Shown one piece after another: positions 49,340-59,881 of a stretch of 64,000 nucleotides of DNA. This stretch comes from an uncultured Pseudomonadota bacterium. GTDB taxonomy: Bacteria > Pseudomonadota > Alphaproteobacteria > Rs-D84. Position 1 is the first letter of the stretch. Every line of letters starts with the position of its first letter. Under the pieces are notes generated by a model. That model did not search any database and was not told the DNA's origin. It saw only the letters and a program-made list of their open reading frames with translations. The DNA is taken from contig CADARU010000001.1 of assembly GCA_902790415.1 (NCBI GenBank), positions 50,071 to 114,070 on the forward strand, in the 5' to 3' direction. The position numbers and the translations under genes were made by a program.

Positions 49340-50068
49340 ATGTTCAATTTGAAAGATAAAGTTGTTTTAATTACCGGCGCAACCGGTGGAATTGGTGGCG
49401 CAATCGCACATAAAATGAAGGAAGCCGGTGCAACGGTTGTTGTGTCGGGCCGCAACGAAACCAAGATGAACGCGGAATTTGATGATTCTTATATAAAAAT
49501 TCCATGCGATTTGGCCGCCGAAGGCGGTGCGGTTGAATTAGTCATGGACACGATTGAAAAATGCGGCCGATTGGACGTACTGATAAACAATGCGGGTATT
49601 ACCGCGGATACATTGCTGATGCGTATGACGGACGAACAATTTGATAATGTTATTAACACTAATTTGCGTTCTTGTTTTAAAATGTGCAGGGCCGCAATTA
49701 TGCCGATGATGAAGCAACGCGCAGGCCGTATTATAAATATGGCATCTATTATCGGTGTTATTGGTGGTCCAGGCCAGGCAAATTATGCGGCAAGTAAAGG
49801 CGGTATGATTGCGATGACAAAATCCATCGCGGCCGAGGTTGCATCCCGCGGTATTACCGCAAACGCAATCGCACCGGGATTTATCAAAACCCCAATGACT
49901 GATGTTTTATCCGAAGAATTAAAGAAAAACTATCTGGCGCAAATACCGGCGGGCCGTTTCGGCGAACCCGAAGATATTGCCAACGCATGTGTTTTCTTGG
50001 CATCTGATGAAGCGTCTTATATCAATGGTCAAACACTGCACATCAACGGTGGCATGGGGAGATTTTAA
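49340..50068 (+). CDS. fabG: 3-oxoacyl-ACP reductase
   Basis: SDR motifs: VVLITGATGGIGGAIA (TGxxxGIG), NNAG, and a Y-x3-K catalytic pair (…NYAASKGG…). Confidence 0.85.
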   Translation: MFNLKDKVVLITGATGGIGGAIAHKMKEAGATVVVSGRNETKMNAEFDDSYIKIPCDLAAEGGAVELVMDTIEKCGRLDVLINNAGITADTLLMRMTDEQFDNVINTNLRSCFKMCRAAIMPMMKQRAGRIINMASIIGVIGGPGQANYAASKGGMIAMTKSIAAEVASRGITANAIAPGFIKTPMTDVLSEELKKNYLAQIPAGRFGEPEDIANACVFLASDEASYINGQTLHINGGMGRF

Positions 50069-51711
50069 TGCAAGAATTTGATGTCATTATTATTGGTGGT
50101 GGGCACGCCGGCGTTGAAGCCGCCGCGGCATCTGCGCGGCGCGGTGCAAAAACACTGTTGATAACAATGCACAAATCTGATTTGGGCGCAATGTCATGCA
50201 ACCCATCTATTGGGGGGCCGGGCAAATCACAAATGGTGGCAGAACTGGATGCGTTTGGTGGTGTTATGCCGCGCGCCGCCGATATGGCCGGTATTCATTT
50301 TCGCATGCTTAACGCATCACATGGGCCGGCAACGCGCGCACTGCGCGCGCAAATAGACCGCGAAATGTATCATAATGCGGTCGTCCAAATTTTATCAGAA
50401 TATAAAAATTTAACCATTTATTATGAAACAGTTAATGATTTAGATATTCAAAACAAAATCGTAAACAACAAATATCATGGCCGCGCATTGGTTTTAACCA
50501 CCGGTACATTTTTGGGCGGACTGGTTACTATGGGGGGCGAAAAAACACCATCTGGACGTATTTGCGATGACGGTTCTTATCAACAGCCCGACACGAAAAT
50601 ATCCGCGATTTTGCGTGGGGCGGGGTTTGATTTAATGCGGCTTAAAACCGGGACACCGGCACGTATATATCGTGATTCTATCGATTTTACGGTATGCGAA
50701 AAACAATTACCCGACAATCCACACGATTGGTTTTCGGATGGTTGTAAAACCGATAACAATACCGCGGTTTGTTATATCACACATACCGATTCCAAAACAC
50801 ATGATATAATTCGTGAAAACATTTCCGCCGCACCAATGTATAATGGTGATATTTCTGGTATTGGACCACGTTATTGCCCATCATTGGAAGACAAGGTTAT
50901 GCGTTTTCCAGAACATACTTCACACCATGTTTTTCTTGAACCCGAAGGATTGGACAGCGATTTAATCTACCCTAACGGTATATCAACCAGTTTTGGTCGC
51001 GACATCCAAGACAAATGGATACGCACAATTCCCGGCCTTGAAAACGCGCGTATTGCACGTTTCGGATACGCAATAGAATACGATGCAATAGACGCACGTG
51101 TGTTAAATTCTAATTTGATGTCTGACCAATACAACGGTTTGTTTTTTGCCGGGCAAATTAACGGCACATCGGGGTATGAAGAAGCCGCCGCCCAAGGAAT
51201 CGTTGCCGGTGCAAATGCCGCCGCGATTGCGTTAAATAAACCAACATTGGATTTAAATCGAACAAATTCTATGATTGGGGTGTTAATTGACGATATAACA
51301 ACCCTTGGGGTTGATGAGCCGTATCGTATGTTTACATCACGCGCAGAATACAGGTTATCTTTACGCGCAGATAATGCCATCGCACGTTTGGGACCATTGG
51401 CGGTTGAATTGGGGTTGTTATCACAAGAATCTTTTGAACAAAAAATTCAAATGCGTAAATCACAAATAGAAGAAAATGATAAATTCTATGCCGGGTATAT
51501 AATGCGCAACGAACGCGAAATGGAATCTTATCGGCGCGATTTAGAAATAAAAATTCCACGCGATTTTGAATATAAAAACCTGCCGGGGTTAACAAATGAA
51601 CTGTGTGAAAAATTGTCGCGCACACGTCCAGAAAATATCGCGGCATTATCACGCATACCAGGAATGACCCCCGCCGGCGTTATGGTAATTTTACGCAAAA
51701 TAAAAAATTAA
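50068..51711 (+). CDS. mnmG: tRNA uridine 5-carboxymethylaminomethyl modification enzyme MnmG/GidA (short, 547 aa)
   Basis: FAD motif DVIIIGGGHAGVEAA, SCNPSIGGPGKSQMVAELDAFGG and C-terminal ...LSRIPGMTPAGVMVIL, typical of MnmG. Confidence 0.8.
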   Translation: MQEFDVIIIGGGHAGVEAAAASARRGAKTLLITMHKSDLGAMSCNPSIGGPGKSQMVAELDAFGGVMPRAADMAGIHFRMLNASHGPATRALRAQIDREMYHNAVVQILSEYKNLTIYYETVNDLDIQNKIVNNKYHGRALVLTTGTFLGGLVTMGGEKTPSGRICDDGSYQQPDTKISAILRGAGFDLMRLKTGTPARIYRDSIDFTVCEKQLPDNPHDWFSDGCKTDNNTAVCYITHTDSKTHDIIRENISAAPMYNGDISGIGPRYCPSLEDKVMRFPEHTSHHVFLEPEGLDSDLIYPNGISTSFGRDIQDKWIRTIPGLENARIARFGYAIEYDAIDARVLNSNLMSDQYNGLFFAGQINGTSGYEEAAAQGIVAGANAAAIALNKPTLDLNRTNSMIGVLIDDITTLGVDEPYRMFTSRAEYRLSLRADNAIARLGPLAVELGLLSQESFEQKIQMRKSQIEENDKFYAGYIMRNEREMESYRRDLEIKIPRDFEYKNLPGLTNELCEKLSRTRPENIAALSRIPGMTPAGVMVILRKIKN

Positions 51712-51789
51712 ATTTGTTTAATTTCTGCGCCAAGTTTTTTGTTATTACTCATACCTGCCCCCTTTTTTGCGATAAAAATAAACCACCTA

Positions 51790-51805
51790 AAAAAATAAAA
51801 TGCCC
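51790..51805 (-). terminator. Hairpin terminator after mreB
   Basis: atgcccaaccgggcat, followed on the minus strand by a T-run. Confidence 0.5.
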
Positions 51806-51818
51806 AACCGGGCATTTA

Positions 51819-52892
<1,074 letters not shown>

Positions 52893-52986
52893 TTATGTTA
52901 ACTATAAACGTCAATATTTGAAAAATCAAGCGTAACAGATTCTTTTTTTATTTGATTTTATTTGAATTTTGTTATTATAGGCCATT

Positions 52987-53361
52987 ATGCGAGATACAAT
53001 AAAAAAACATAGCGATTTTTTAACCGCGCCCGAAGGCCCAGGTGCCATAACGGCATTGTTCTTTGTGCATGCCAAGGCGGCAAAAATACCAAATAATGCC
53101 AGGTATGGTTTGGTTGCGGCCAAGCGCACCTTTAAACTTGCGGTTCATCGTAACCGCGCAAAACGCCTGTTGCGCGATTGGATTGCCTATGCAGATGCCA
53201 ATAATTTGTTGGCCCCAGAATTTGATTATATCTTTATTGCGCGTGGCGCAATTCTGAACGCATCACGCGACCAAGGACGTGCAGAAATGGCCAAGGCCTT
53301 GCAACACATTATGCAAAAATATGTCATTAAATACCGCAAATCTTTACAAAAAAATTCTTAA
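52987..53361 (+). CDS. rnpA: RNase P protein component
   Basis: …GLVAAKRTFKLAVHRNRAKRLLRDW…, the RnpA signature motif. No rpmH ORF fits in the 110-nt upstream spacer. Confidence 0.75.
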   Translation: MRDTIKKHSDFLTAPEGPGAITALFFVHAKAAKIPNNARYGLVAAKRTFKLAVHRNRAKRLLRDWIAYADANNLLAPEFDYIFIARGAILNASRDQGRAEMAKALQHIMQKYVIKYRKSLQKNS

Positions 53362-53380
53362 TTTGCCCCGCAAAATTGGC

Positions 53381-53581
53381 ATGGCAACGATAACATTTTA
53401 CCAACGCGGCATATCACCGATAATTGGGGGGCGCGCAACATGCAGATTTACCCCAACCTGCAGTGAATATACCAAAACCGCAATAGAACGTTACGGATTG
53501 GTACGCGGAACAATAATGGGAATAAAAAGAATTTCACGTTGTCGCCCGGGCGGTGGGTTTGGGTTTGACCCCGTCCCTTGA
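53381..53581 (+). CDS. yidD: Membrane protein insertion efficiency factor YidD
   Basis: MATITFYQRGISPIIGGRATCRFTPTCSEYTKTAIERYGLVRGTIMGIKRISRCRPGGGFGFDPVP is collinear with the YidD consensus (FYQ..ISP......CRF.PTCS.Y...A....G...G....KR..RC.P...GG.DPVP). Confidence 0.8.
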   Translation: MATITFYQRGISPIIGGRATCRFTPTCSEYTKTAIERYGLVRGTIMGIKRISRCRPGGGFGFDPVP

Positions 53582-53646
53582 CAATGTCGGTTATTATGTT
53601 AGAATCTTGGGTGATATAAGTGTAATTTTACAAAAGGATTGAAGAA

Positions 53647-54093
53647 ATGTCATTTCGTGCAACTGTAGAATCTATGTCTAAGATTATGGACGACATGGGA
53701 ATTACAGAATTGGACCTGGAACGCCAGTTTTTGTTTGGTGTGTATCGTAAACACATTCATTTATCAAAACAATCGGGGGCAACCGTTGCAATGCCTGCGT
53801 TGCCAACATCCGATGATGCCAAACACACAAACAGCGAACCTGCCGATGAATCTGTATCTGGGTATGCATTAAAATCGCCGATGGTTGGTGTCGCATATTT
53901 ATCCCCAGAACCGGGTGCGAAACCATTTACCAAGGTTGGCGCACACATCAAGGCCGGCGATACCGTTATTTTGGTAGAAGCAATGAAAACATTTAACCCA
54001 ATTAAATCAGACAAAGATGGTGTGGTCAAAGATATCTTGGTTACCGATGGCCAGGCCGTTGAATTTGACCAACCTTTGATTATTATTGAATAA
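53647..54093 (+). CDS. accB: Biotin carboxyl carrier protein
   Basis: C-terminal lipoyl/biotinyl domain with the biotinyl-Lys motif VILVEAMKTFNPI (EAMK). Confidence 0.8.
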   Translation: MSFRATVESMSKIMDDMGITELDLERQFLFGVYRKHIHLSKQSGATVAMPALPTSDDAKHTNSEPADESVSGYALKSPMVGVAYLSPEPGAKPFTKVGAHIKAGDTVILVEAMKTFNPIKSDKDGVVKDILVTDGQAVEFDQPLIIIE

Positions 54094-54110
54094 AAATATC
54101 GGTTAAAATT

Positions 54111-55469
54111 ATGCCTAAGATAAAAAAAGTTTTAATTGCGAACCGCGGTGAAATTGCACTGCGAATAATTCGTGCATGTCGTGATATGGGTATTCGGACG
54201 GTTGCGGTATATTCAACCGTTGACCGCGCGGCGATGCATGTTCAACTGGCCGATGAATCTGTGTGCATTGGGCCGGGCCCATCCAAAGATTCTTACTTAA
54301 ATGAATCCGCAATTTTGACGGCGGCGTTGTTAACAAATGCCGATGCAATTCATCCGGGATACGGTTTTTTATCAGAACGCGCGGACTTTGTTCAAAAGGT
54401 CGAACAACATGGTCTGATTTGGATTGGACCTGATGCCGCAATGATAAACAAAATGGGCGACAAGGTTAACGCAAAACGCACCGCGATTGAGTGCGGATTA
54501 CCGGTTGTACCGGGGTCTGATGGTGCGGTTGAAACATTGGAAGACGCGTTAAAATGGGGCGAAAAAATCGGGTACCCGGTAATGCTAAAAGCCGCCGCCG
54601 GTGGTGGTGGTCGCGGTATGCGCCCGGTAATGTCTGCCGATCAAATGGCCGAAGCGTTTGAAATCACAAAAAACGAAGCACGCAGTGGTTTCGGTGATGA
54701 TACGTTGTATATGGAAAAATTGTTGTTACACCCACGTCATATTGAATTTCAGGTTTTGGGCGACAAACATGGCAACGTTGTTATATTTGGCGAACGCGAT
54801 TGTTCACTGCAACGCAAAAACCAAAAAGTTATGGAAGAATGTCCGGCGGCGGCATTAACACAAAAACAACGCGATGACATGATTGAAACATGTAAAACGG
54901 CCGCAAAAAAAATGGGCTATACCAATGCCGGCACGTTTGAATTCATGTATGAAAATGGCAAGTTTTATTTCTTGGAAATGAACACCAGATTGCAAGTGGA
55001 ACATCCGGTAACAGAAATGGTCTATGGTGTTGATTTGGTACGCGAACAAATTAGAATCGCCGCCGGCGAAAAATTGGGCTATACGCAATCCAATGTTATT
55101 CCACATGGCCATGCGATTGAATTTCGTATAAATGCCGAAGACCCGGAAACATTTATTCCAAACCCGGGTAAAATAACATTGTACGCGCCATCTGGCGGTT
55201 TGGGTGTTCGCGTGGATAGCGCGGTCTATACAGGTTACACAATTCCGCCAACCTATGATTCTATGATTGCAAAACTGATTGTCCATGCACAATCACGTTC
55301 GGCATGTATTATGCGTGCAGAACGCGCGTTGGACGAATTTGTTATTGAAGGTGTAAAAACAACAATTCCTTTACAGAAAAAGTTGTTAAACAATCGTGAT
55401 GTTCGCACGTTGAACTTTGACAATCACTGGTTGGAAGAATATTTGAAAAAAGAAAATAAAAAGAAATAG
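54111..55469 (+). CDS. accC: Biotin carboxylase
   Basis: MPKIKKVLIANRGEIALRIIRACRDMGIRTVAVYS..., an ATP-grasp with ...EMNTRLQVEHPVTEM... Confidence 0.9.
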   Translation: MPKIKKVLIANRGEIALRIIRACRDMGIRTVAVYSTVDRAAMHVQLADESVCIGPGPSKDSYLNESAILTAALLTNADAIHPGYGFLSERADFVQKVEQHGLIWIGPDAAMINKMGDKVNAKRTAIECGLPVVPGSDGAVETLEDALKWGEKIGYPVMLKAAAGGGGRGMRPVMSADQMAEAFEITKNEARSGFGDDTLYMEKLLLHPRHIEFQVLGDKHGNVVIFGERDCSLQRKNQKVMEECPAAALTQKQRDDMIETCKTAAKKMGYTNAGTFEFMYENGKFYFLEMNTRLQVEHPVTEMVYGVDLVREQIRIAAGEKLGYTQSNVIPHGHAIEFRINAEDPETFIPNPGKITLYAPSGGLGVRVDSAVYTGYTIPPTYDSMIAKLIVHAQSRSACIMRAERALDEFVIEGVKTTIPLQKKLLNNRDVRTLNFDNHWLEEYLKKENKKK

Positions 55470-55507
55470 TGGTTAGTGATTTCCGGAATTTTTATCTCTT
55501 AAAATAC

Positions 55508-55535
55508 AAAAAACGGTGCGCTGCACCGTTTTTAT
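55508..55535. terminator. Bidirectional terminator between accC and the sspB-like gene
   Basis: acggtgcgctgcaccgt hairpin flanked by A- and T-runs. Confidence 0.6.
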
Positions 55536-55554
55536 TAGACACCAACATGGTCCA

Positions 55555-56019
55555 CTAATCATTTTTCTTTCGTTTTCTAAACTCGTCCAACGAAACGACA
55601 CGACCAGTATCGGGGATTGTTCCCGGTGTTTCGTCCAACGGCAATTCAATATCATTATCGGGTGCGGATTTTTCCGGTTTCTTGTGAAACGACAACATAA
55701 AATCAACCGATGGATCTTTGAATTCAACCAATGCAGAAAACGGGACACGAATAAAAAACGGACGACCATCAAAAGTTAACTGAACACCGAATTCTTTGTC
55801 CGACACATGCAAATTATTATAAGAATATTGCAGTACAATCGTCATTACATCAGGGTATCTAATCCGTAAAAAGTCAGGCAACACAACACCGGCATCGTGC
55901 GTTCTAAATGTTATAAAAAAATGCGCACCATCGCCCAGACCATTTATTTGCGCATAAATCAGTGCCTCGCGCACAACGGATTTTAATGCGTTATCTAATA
56001 ACGATTGATAATCTATCAT
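55555..56019 (-). CDS. sspB: ClpXP adaptor SspB (alpha-proteobacterial type)
   Basis: …GDGAHFFITFRTHDAGVVLPDFLRIRYPDVMTIVLQYSYNNLHVSDKEFGVQLTFDGRPFFIRVPFSALVEFKDPSVDFMLSF… is collinear with Caulobacter-type SspB. C-terminal ClpX-binding-like tail …RVVSLDEFRKRKK. Confidence 0.7.
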   Translation of the reverse strand: MIDYQSLLDNALKSVVREALIYAQINGLGDGAHFFITFRTHDAGVVLPDFLRIRYPDVMTIVLQYSYNNLHVSDKEFGVQLTFDGRPFFIRVPFSALVEFKDPSVDFMLSFHKKPEKSAPDNDIELPLDETPGTIPDTGRVVSLDEFRKRKKND

Positions 56020-56045
56020 TTTTTCTTCCCTTTACTTTGGACGAA

Positions 56046-57107
56046 TTATATTTTGATTTCCCCACCAAGGCAAGCAACAAATGTTGCATCGGCAACATCA
56101 CGAAAAACATCCGCATCCAATCCTGTTGCCCAAACCTGGGCGTTTGCCATGGCCAAACTGTGGAATAAATTTTTTCTGGCATCGGCATCTAGATGCGCGG
56201 CCGCTTCGTCCAACAATATAATTGGTTCATGTCCTGTTTTTATAAAGACCAATTTTGCATGTGCCAAAATTAAAGCAATCAATGTGGTTTTTTGCTGTCC
56301 AGTACTGGTCAAATTTGCCGGCAAATTTAATTTTTTATTAAAAACACCAAAATCAGATTTATTAACACCGTCTAAAACCATTTTATCATAAACCAATGTT
56401 CTGTTTTGTTTTAAATATTCCAAATATTCGCGTTCTGCATTGGCGGCATTTGTTTTTAAAATCATCGATTCCACCATACCGGTTACAGACACCGCATAAT
56501 CCGACAAAAAGAAATTTATTTCCCCCGCATATTGAATTCTGGCCGCGGCGATTGCGACACTGGTTGCGGCAATTTGTGCATCCAGCGCATCTAACCAATG
56601 TGCATCAGCATTATTTTTTAATGCCCCTGCCCTTTCTGATAATAATTTTGCCAAACGCGCAACACGCCCCGAATGTGCGGAATCAAATCCGGCCGCCAAT
56701 CTGTCAAAAAAAGCGCGTCTGTCGGTTGTACCATCAACAAAAATCCTGTCTTCGCGTGGGGTCAACCATATAATACGCAATAAATTTCCTAATTCGCCAA
56801 TGGTGGCATTATCGCCGTCTATCTTGGCATGCCTGTTTGCATCACCAGAATTAAAATACACGCATACATCCGTATCATCAGATAACGTTGCAAAAACCGA
56901 AAAACCACCTGTACCGTCAAAACGCGCAATATCAGACATCGGCGCACCACGCATACCACGATCACCCCCCAGCATGGACACCGCTTCAATAATTGCGGTT
57001 TTGCCTGCACCGTTTGGACCGGTAATAATAACATTATGCCGCCCGTCCGTTTCCACCCGACAGGATATATGATTTCTGAAATCAGTAAGAGTAAGATTTT
57101 TAATCAT
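56046..57107 (-). CDS. recF: DNA replication/repair protein RecF
   Basis: MIKNLTLTDFRNH...ITGPNGAGKTAIIEAVSML (Walker A), an SMC-like ABC ATPase. The start at 57107 avoids overlap with tRNA-Cys. Confidence 0.8.
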   Translation of the reverse strand: MIKNLTLTDFRNHISCRVETDGRHNVIITGPNGAGKTAIIEAVSMLGGDRGMRGAPMSDIARFDGTGGFSVFATLSDDTDVCVYFNSGDANRHAKIDGDNATIGELGNLLRIIWLTPREDRIFVDGTTDRRAFFDRLAAGFDSAHSGRVARLAKLLSERAGALKNNADAHWLDALDAQIAATSVAIAAARIQYAGEINFFLSDYAVSVTGMVESMILKTNAANAEREYLEYLKQNRTLVYDKMVLDGVNKSDFGVFNKKLNLPANLTSTGQQKTTLIALILAHAKLVFIKTGHEPIILLDEAAAHLDADARKNLFHSLAMANAQVWATGLDADVFRDVADATFVACLGGEIKI

Positions 57108-57116
57108 AACAAAAAA

Positions 57117-57190
57117 TGGAGGCCTAGGTCGGAATCGAACCGGCTTACAAGGATTTGCAGTCCTCTGCATAACCATTCTGCCACCAGGCC
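57117..57190 (-). tRNA. tRNA-Cys (anticodon GCA)
   Basis: The minus strand reads GGCCTGGTGGCAGAATGGTTATGCAGAGGACTGCAAATCCTTGTAAGCCGGTTCGATTCCGACCTAGGCCTCCA, a cloverleaf with anticodon loop CTGCAAA. Confidence 0.85.
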
Positions 57191-57303
57191 TTTATCCATA
57201 CGCAGATATTAAAGGAAAAAAAAACCTTTTTCAACATAAAAAATTATTGTTTTTATATCAAAAAAAATAAATAATGTTTCATATAAAAAAAAGAGTCGAG
57301 AGA

Positions 57304-58629
57304 ATGAAGTTTCGTTTTTTTTCAATGTGTTGTGCATTGTTTCCTTGTGTCGCTGTTGCGGCCAACGATGATTGTATGTACAGAAAAAACGTACCTGATA
57401 CCGTTATGGATTTACAGGCGGTAATTGAAATGGGACTGTGCCGCAATCCGGAAACCGCGTCTGCATATTATTCATTGGAGGCCGCGCGTTTAAACAAAAA
57501 CACCGGGTATGCATCATACCTGCCATCGGTAAATGCAAAAGCATCCATGGACAAAGATTGGCATAATCACGAATGGGACAAATGGTCGTACGGTGCATCT
57601 ATATCGGCATCTTATCTGATTTTCGATTTTGGGAAACGTTTGGCTGATTTGAACCAGATGTCGGCAACATGGCGCGCAACAGGATTTGAATACGACGAAC
57701 GCGTACAAAACTATGTCTATGGTTTAATCGGGTCTTATTACGCGTTGTTAAATGCGGATGCCGATGTAGAAAGTGCAAAATCTCTGCAATCTGTTGCACA
57801 AACCGCATTAGATACCGCAAACAAAAAATTCAAGGCCGGTGTCGTTGCCAAGGCCGATGTATTAAAGGCCGAAACAACCAAGGCATCTCGTGATTTAGAC
57901 CTGGAACGTGCAAAAAATAATCGCGAAATCGCCAAGGGTACACTATTAACCAAAATGGCTTTTCCGGCCGACCAAGAAATTGTTATCGCAGATATGTCTC
58001 ACGATTTTGGCAGTGTGCGCGAAAACAAAAACATAGATGAACTGATTAAAATTGCACGCGAAAAACGCCCTGACCTGTTACGCGCAACAGCCAGCAAAGA
58101 TGCCGCATGGCACCGCAGAAACAGTGCGTTTTTGAAAAATCTGCCCAGTATTAGCGCAACCGGAACATTATCATGGAACGATGACGAAGCCCGCTTTTTT
58201 GGCACTGGCAGTGAACACGTCAACGGTTCGATTGGTATTCGTGCATCTATGCCGATATTTGCCGGTTTTGCAAACATTTATGGTCTGCGCAGCGCCCAGG
58301 CATCTTATGACAGTGCCAAAGAGCAACTGCGCGGAACAAATGATGCCGCAATGTTAGACGTATTTACCGCATACCAGAATTATAAAACCGCCCAGACCGT
58401 TTTAACACAAACCGAAACACTGTTGAAATCCGCAACGGAAAGTGAACGTGTTACCGCCGGTATGTACAAGGTTGGACGCGCAACAATGTTGGATTGGCAA
58501 ACCGCACAATCAGAACTGGTGTCCGCACAAAAACAAAATAATGCGGCAAAATATGACCTGTTTACAAAACGTGCGGCGGTCGCATTGGCTATTGGTGATA
58601 TAAAATCAGAATTAGAAAAGGATAATTAA
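57304..58629 (+). CDS. TolC-like outer-membrane efflux protein (OEP family)
   Basis: Signal peptide (MKFRFFSMCCALFPCVAVAA) and two coiled-coil/beta repeats with OEP-like motifs (…LLNADADVESAKSLQSVAQTALDTANKKFKAGVVAKADVLKAE… repeated in the second half). Confidence 0.7.
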   Translation: MKFRFFSMCCALFPCVAVAANDDCMYRKNVPDTVMDLQAVIEMGLCRNPETASAYYSLEAARLNKNTGYASYLPSVNAKASMDKDWHNHEWDKWSYGASISASYLIFDFGKRLADLNQMSATWRATGFEYDERVQNYVYGLIGSYYALLNADADVESAKSLQSVAQTALDTANKKFKAGVVAKADVLKAETTKASRDLDLERAKNNREIAKGTLLTKMAFPADQEIVIADMSHDFGSVRENKNIDELIKIAREKRPDLLRATASKDAAWHRRNSAFLKNLPSISATGTLSWNDDEARFFGTGSEHVNGSIGIRASMPIFAGFANIYGLRSAQASYDSAKEQLRGTNDAAMLDVFTAYQNYKTAQTVLTQTETLLKSATESERVTAGMYKVGRATMLDWQTAQSELVSAQKQNNAAKYDLFTKRAAVALAIGDIKSELEKDN

Positions 58630-59861
58630 TGAAAAAAAATCCGAAAAAAGATTCTAACGCAGAAATTGTGCAAACAACTGAAAAGAAAGCCACGTTTGTT
58701 AAACGTTTCTTTCGGTGGATTTGGCGACATAAATGGTGGTCGTCTTTGATATTGTTGGCATTGATTGGTGGGGCAATATTTTTATTTATCGGCGGAAAAT
58801 CTGCCAAGCCAGAATATGTTACGGTAAATATTGTTCGTGGCAATATTCGCCAGGTTGTAACCGCAACCGGTGAAATAAACCCGGTAAATACGGTCAGTGT
58901 CGGTTCTCAAGTTTCTGGCACAATCGAAGATATATTTGTGGACTATAATTCACATGTAACCCAAGGACAAATTTTATTAAAAATCGAACCATCTGTTCTG
59001 CAAGCATCTGTGGACGAGGCCAAGGCCGCATTAGATTCGGCGCAATCACAATTAACATTGGCAAAAAACGAATACAACCGTAATCGCTCACTGTTCCAAG
59101 ATGGTTTTATCGCACGTGCCGAAATGGAACAATCCCAGGCAACATACGAACAGGCAACACAAACCGTTAAGCGTATGCAATCACAATATGAACGCGCGGT
59201 TACAAACCTGGGGTATGCGACAATTTCTTCACCGGTTGATGGCACCGTTATTTCGCGCAAGGTCGACAAAGGGCAAACAGTTGCCGCATCGTTCCAAACG
59301 CCTGACTTGTTCGAAATTGCCGAAGATTTAACAAAAATGCAAATCGAAACCGCCGTATCCGAGGCCGATATTGGTGTTATCAAAGAAGGTCAAAATGTTA
59401 CTTTTACTGTTGATGCATACCCAACCAAGACCTTTAACGGTACCGTACGTCAAATTAGATTATCACCAACAACGACATCTAACGTTGTTGTTTATACCGT
59501 TATCATCGATGTTGATAATTCTGATTTAAGTTTAATGCCGGGAATGACCGCATTTGTAACCATACTTATTGCCGAAGCCAAGGATATTTGGAAAACCCAA
59601 AATGCGGCACTGTTAGTTCGTAACTTTGCAAATATTATTCCTGATGCGCCAAAAGATTTAGACCCCAAAAATCATATGGCCATATTGCGTGATGGCAAAG
59701 TTATATACATTGAATACACCAAGGGGTTGGTTACCGCAACCGAAACCCAAATTATTTCAGACCAACTGCAAAAAGGCGACAAGGCCATCGTTGGTCGCAT
59801 CGGTCAATCAACCAGTTCTGCCGCAACCCAGGGCAAACGTCGTGGGCCGGGACCAATGTAA
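58629..59861 (+). CDS. Periplasmic adaptor (HlyD/MacA membrane-fusion protein)
   Basis: N-terminal TM, the …TATGEINPVNTVSVGSQVSGTIEDIFVDYNSHVTQGQILLKIE… lipoyl/barrel motif and a long coiled-coil hairpin. It overlaps the stop of the TolC-like gene. Confidence 0.8.
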   Translation: MKKNPKKDSNAEIVQTTEKKATFVKRFFRWIWRHKWWSSLILLALIGGAIFLFIGGKSAKPEYVTVNIVRGNIRQVVTATGEINPVNTVSVGSQVSGTIEDIFVDYNSHVTQGQILLKIEPSVLQASVDEAKAALDSAQSQLTLAKNEYNRNRSLFQDGFIARAEMEQSQATYEQATQTVKRMQSQYERAVTNLGYATISSPVDGTVISRKVDKGQTVAASFQTPDLFEIAEDLTKMQIETAVSEADIGVIKEGQNVTFTVDAYPTKTFNGTVRQIRLSPTTTSNVVVYTVIIDVDNSDLSLMPGMTAFVTILIAEAKDIWKTQNAALLVRNFANIIPDAPKDLDPKNHMAILRDGKVIYIEYTKGLVTATETQIISDQLQKGDKAIVGRIGQSTSSAATQGKRRGPGPM

Positions 59862-59881
59862 AAAAACAAAAATATAACACA

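Noticed and set aside
51708-51752. 14-codon minus-strand ORF (MSNNKKLGAEIKQI) with a strong Shine-Dalgarno (AAGGGGG) just past the mreB terminator
   Set aside because: It is too short, lies downstream of a terminator with no visible promoter, and overlaps the mnmG stop on the other strand. It is probably a chance ORF, though a leader peptide cannot be excluded.
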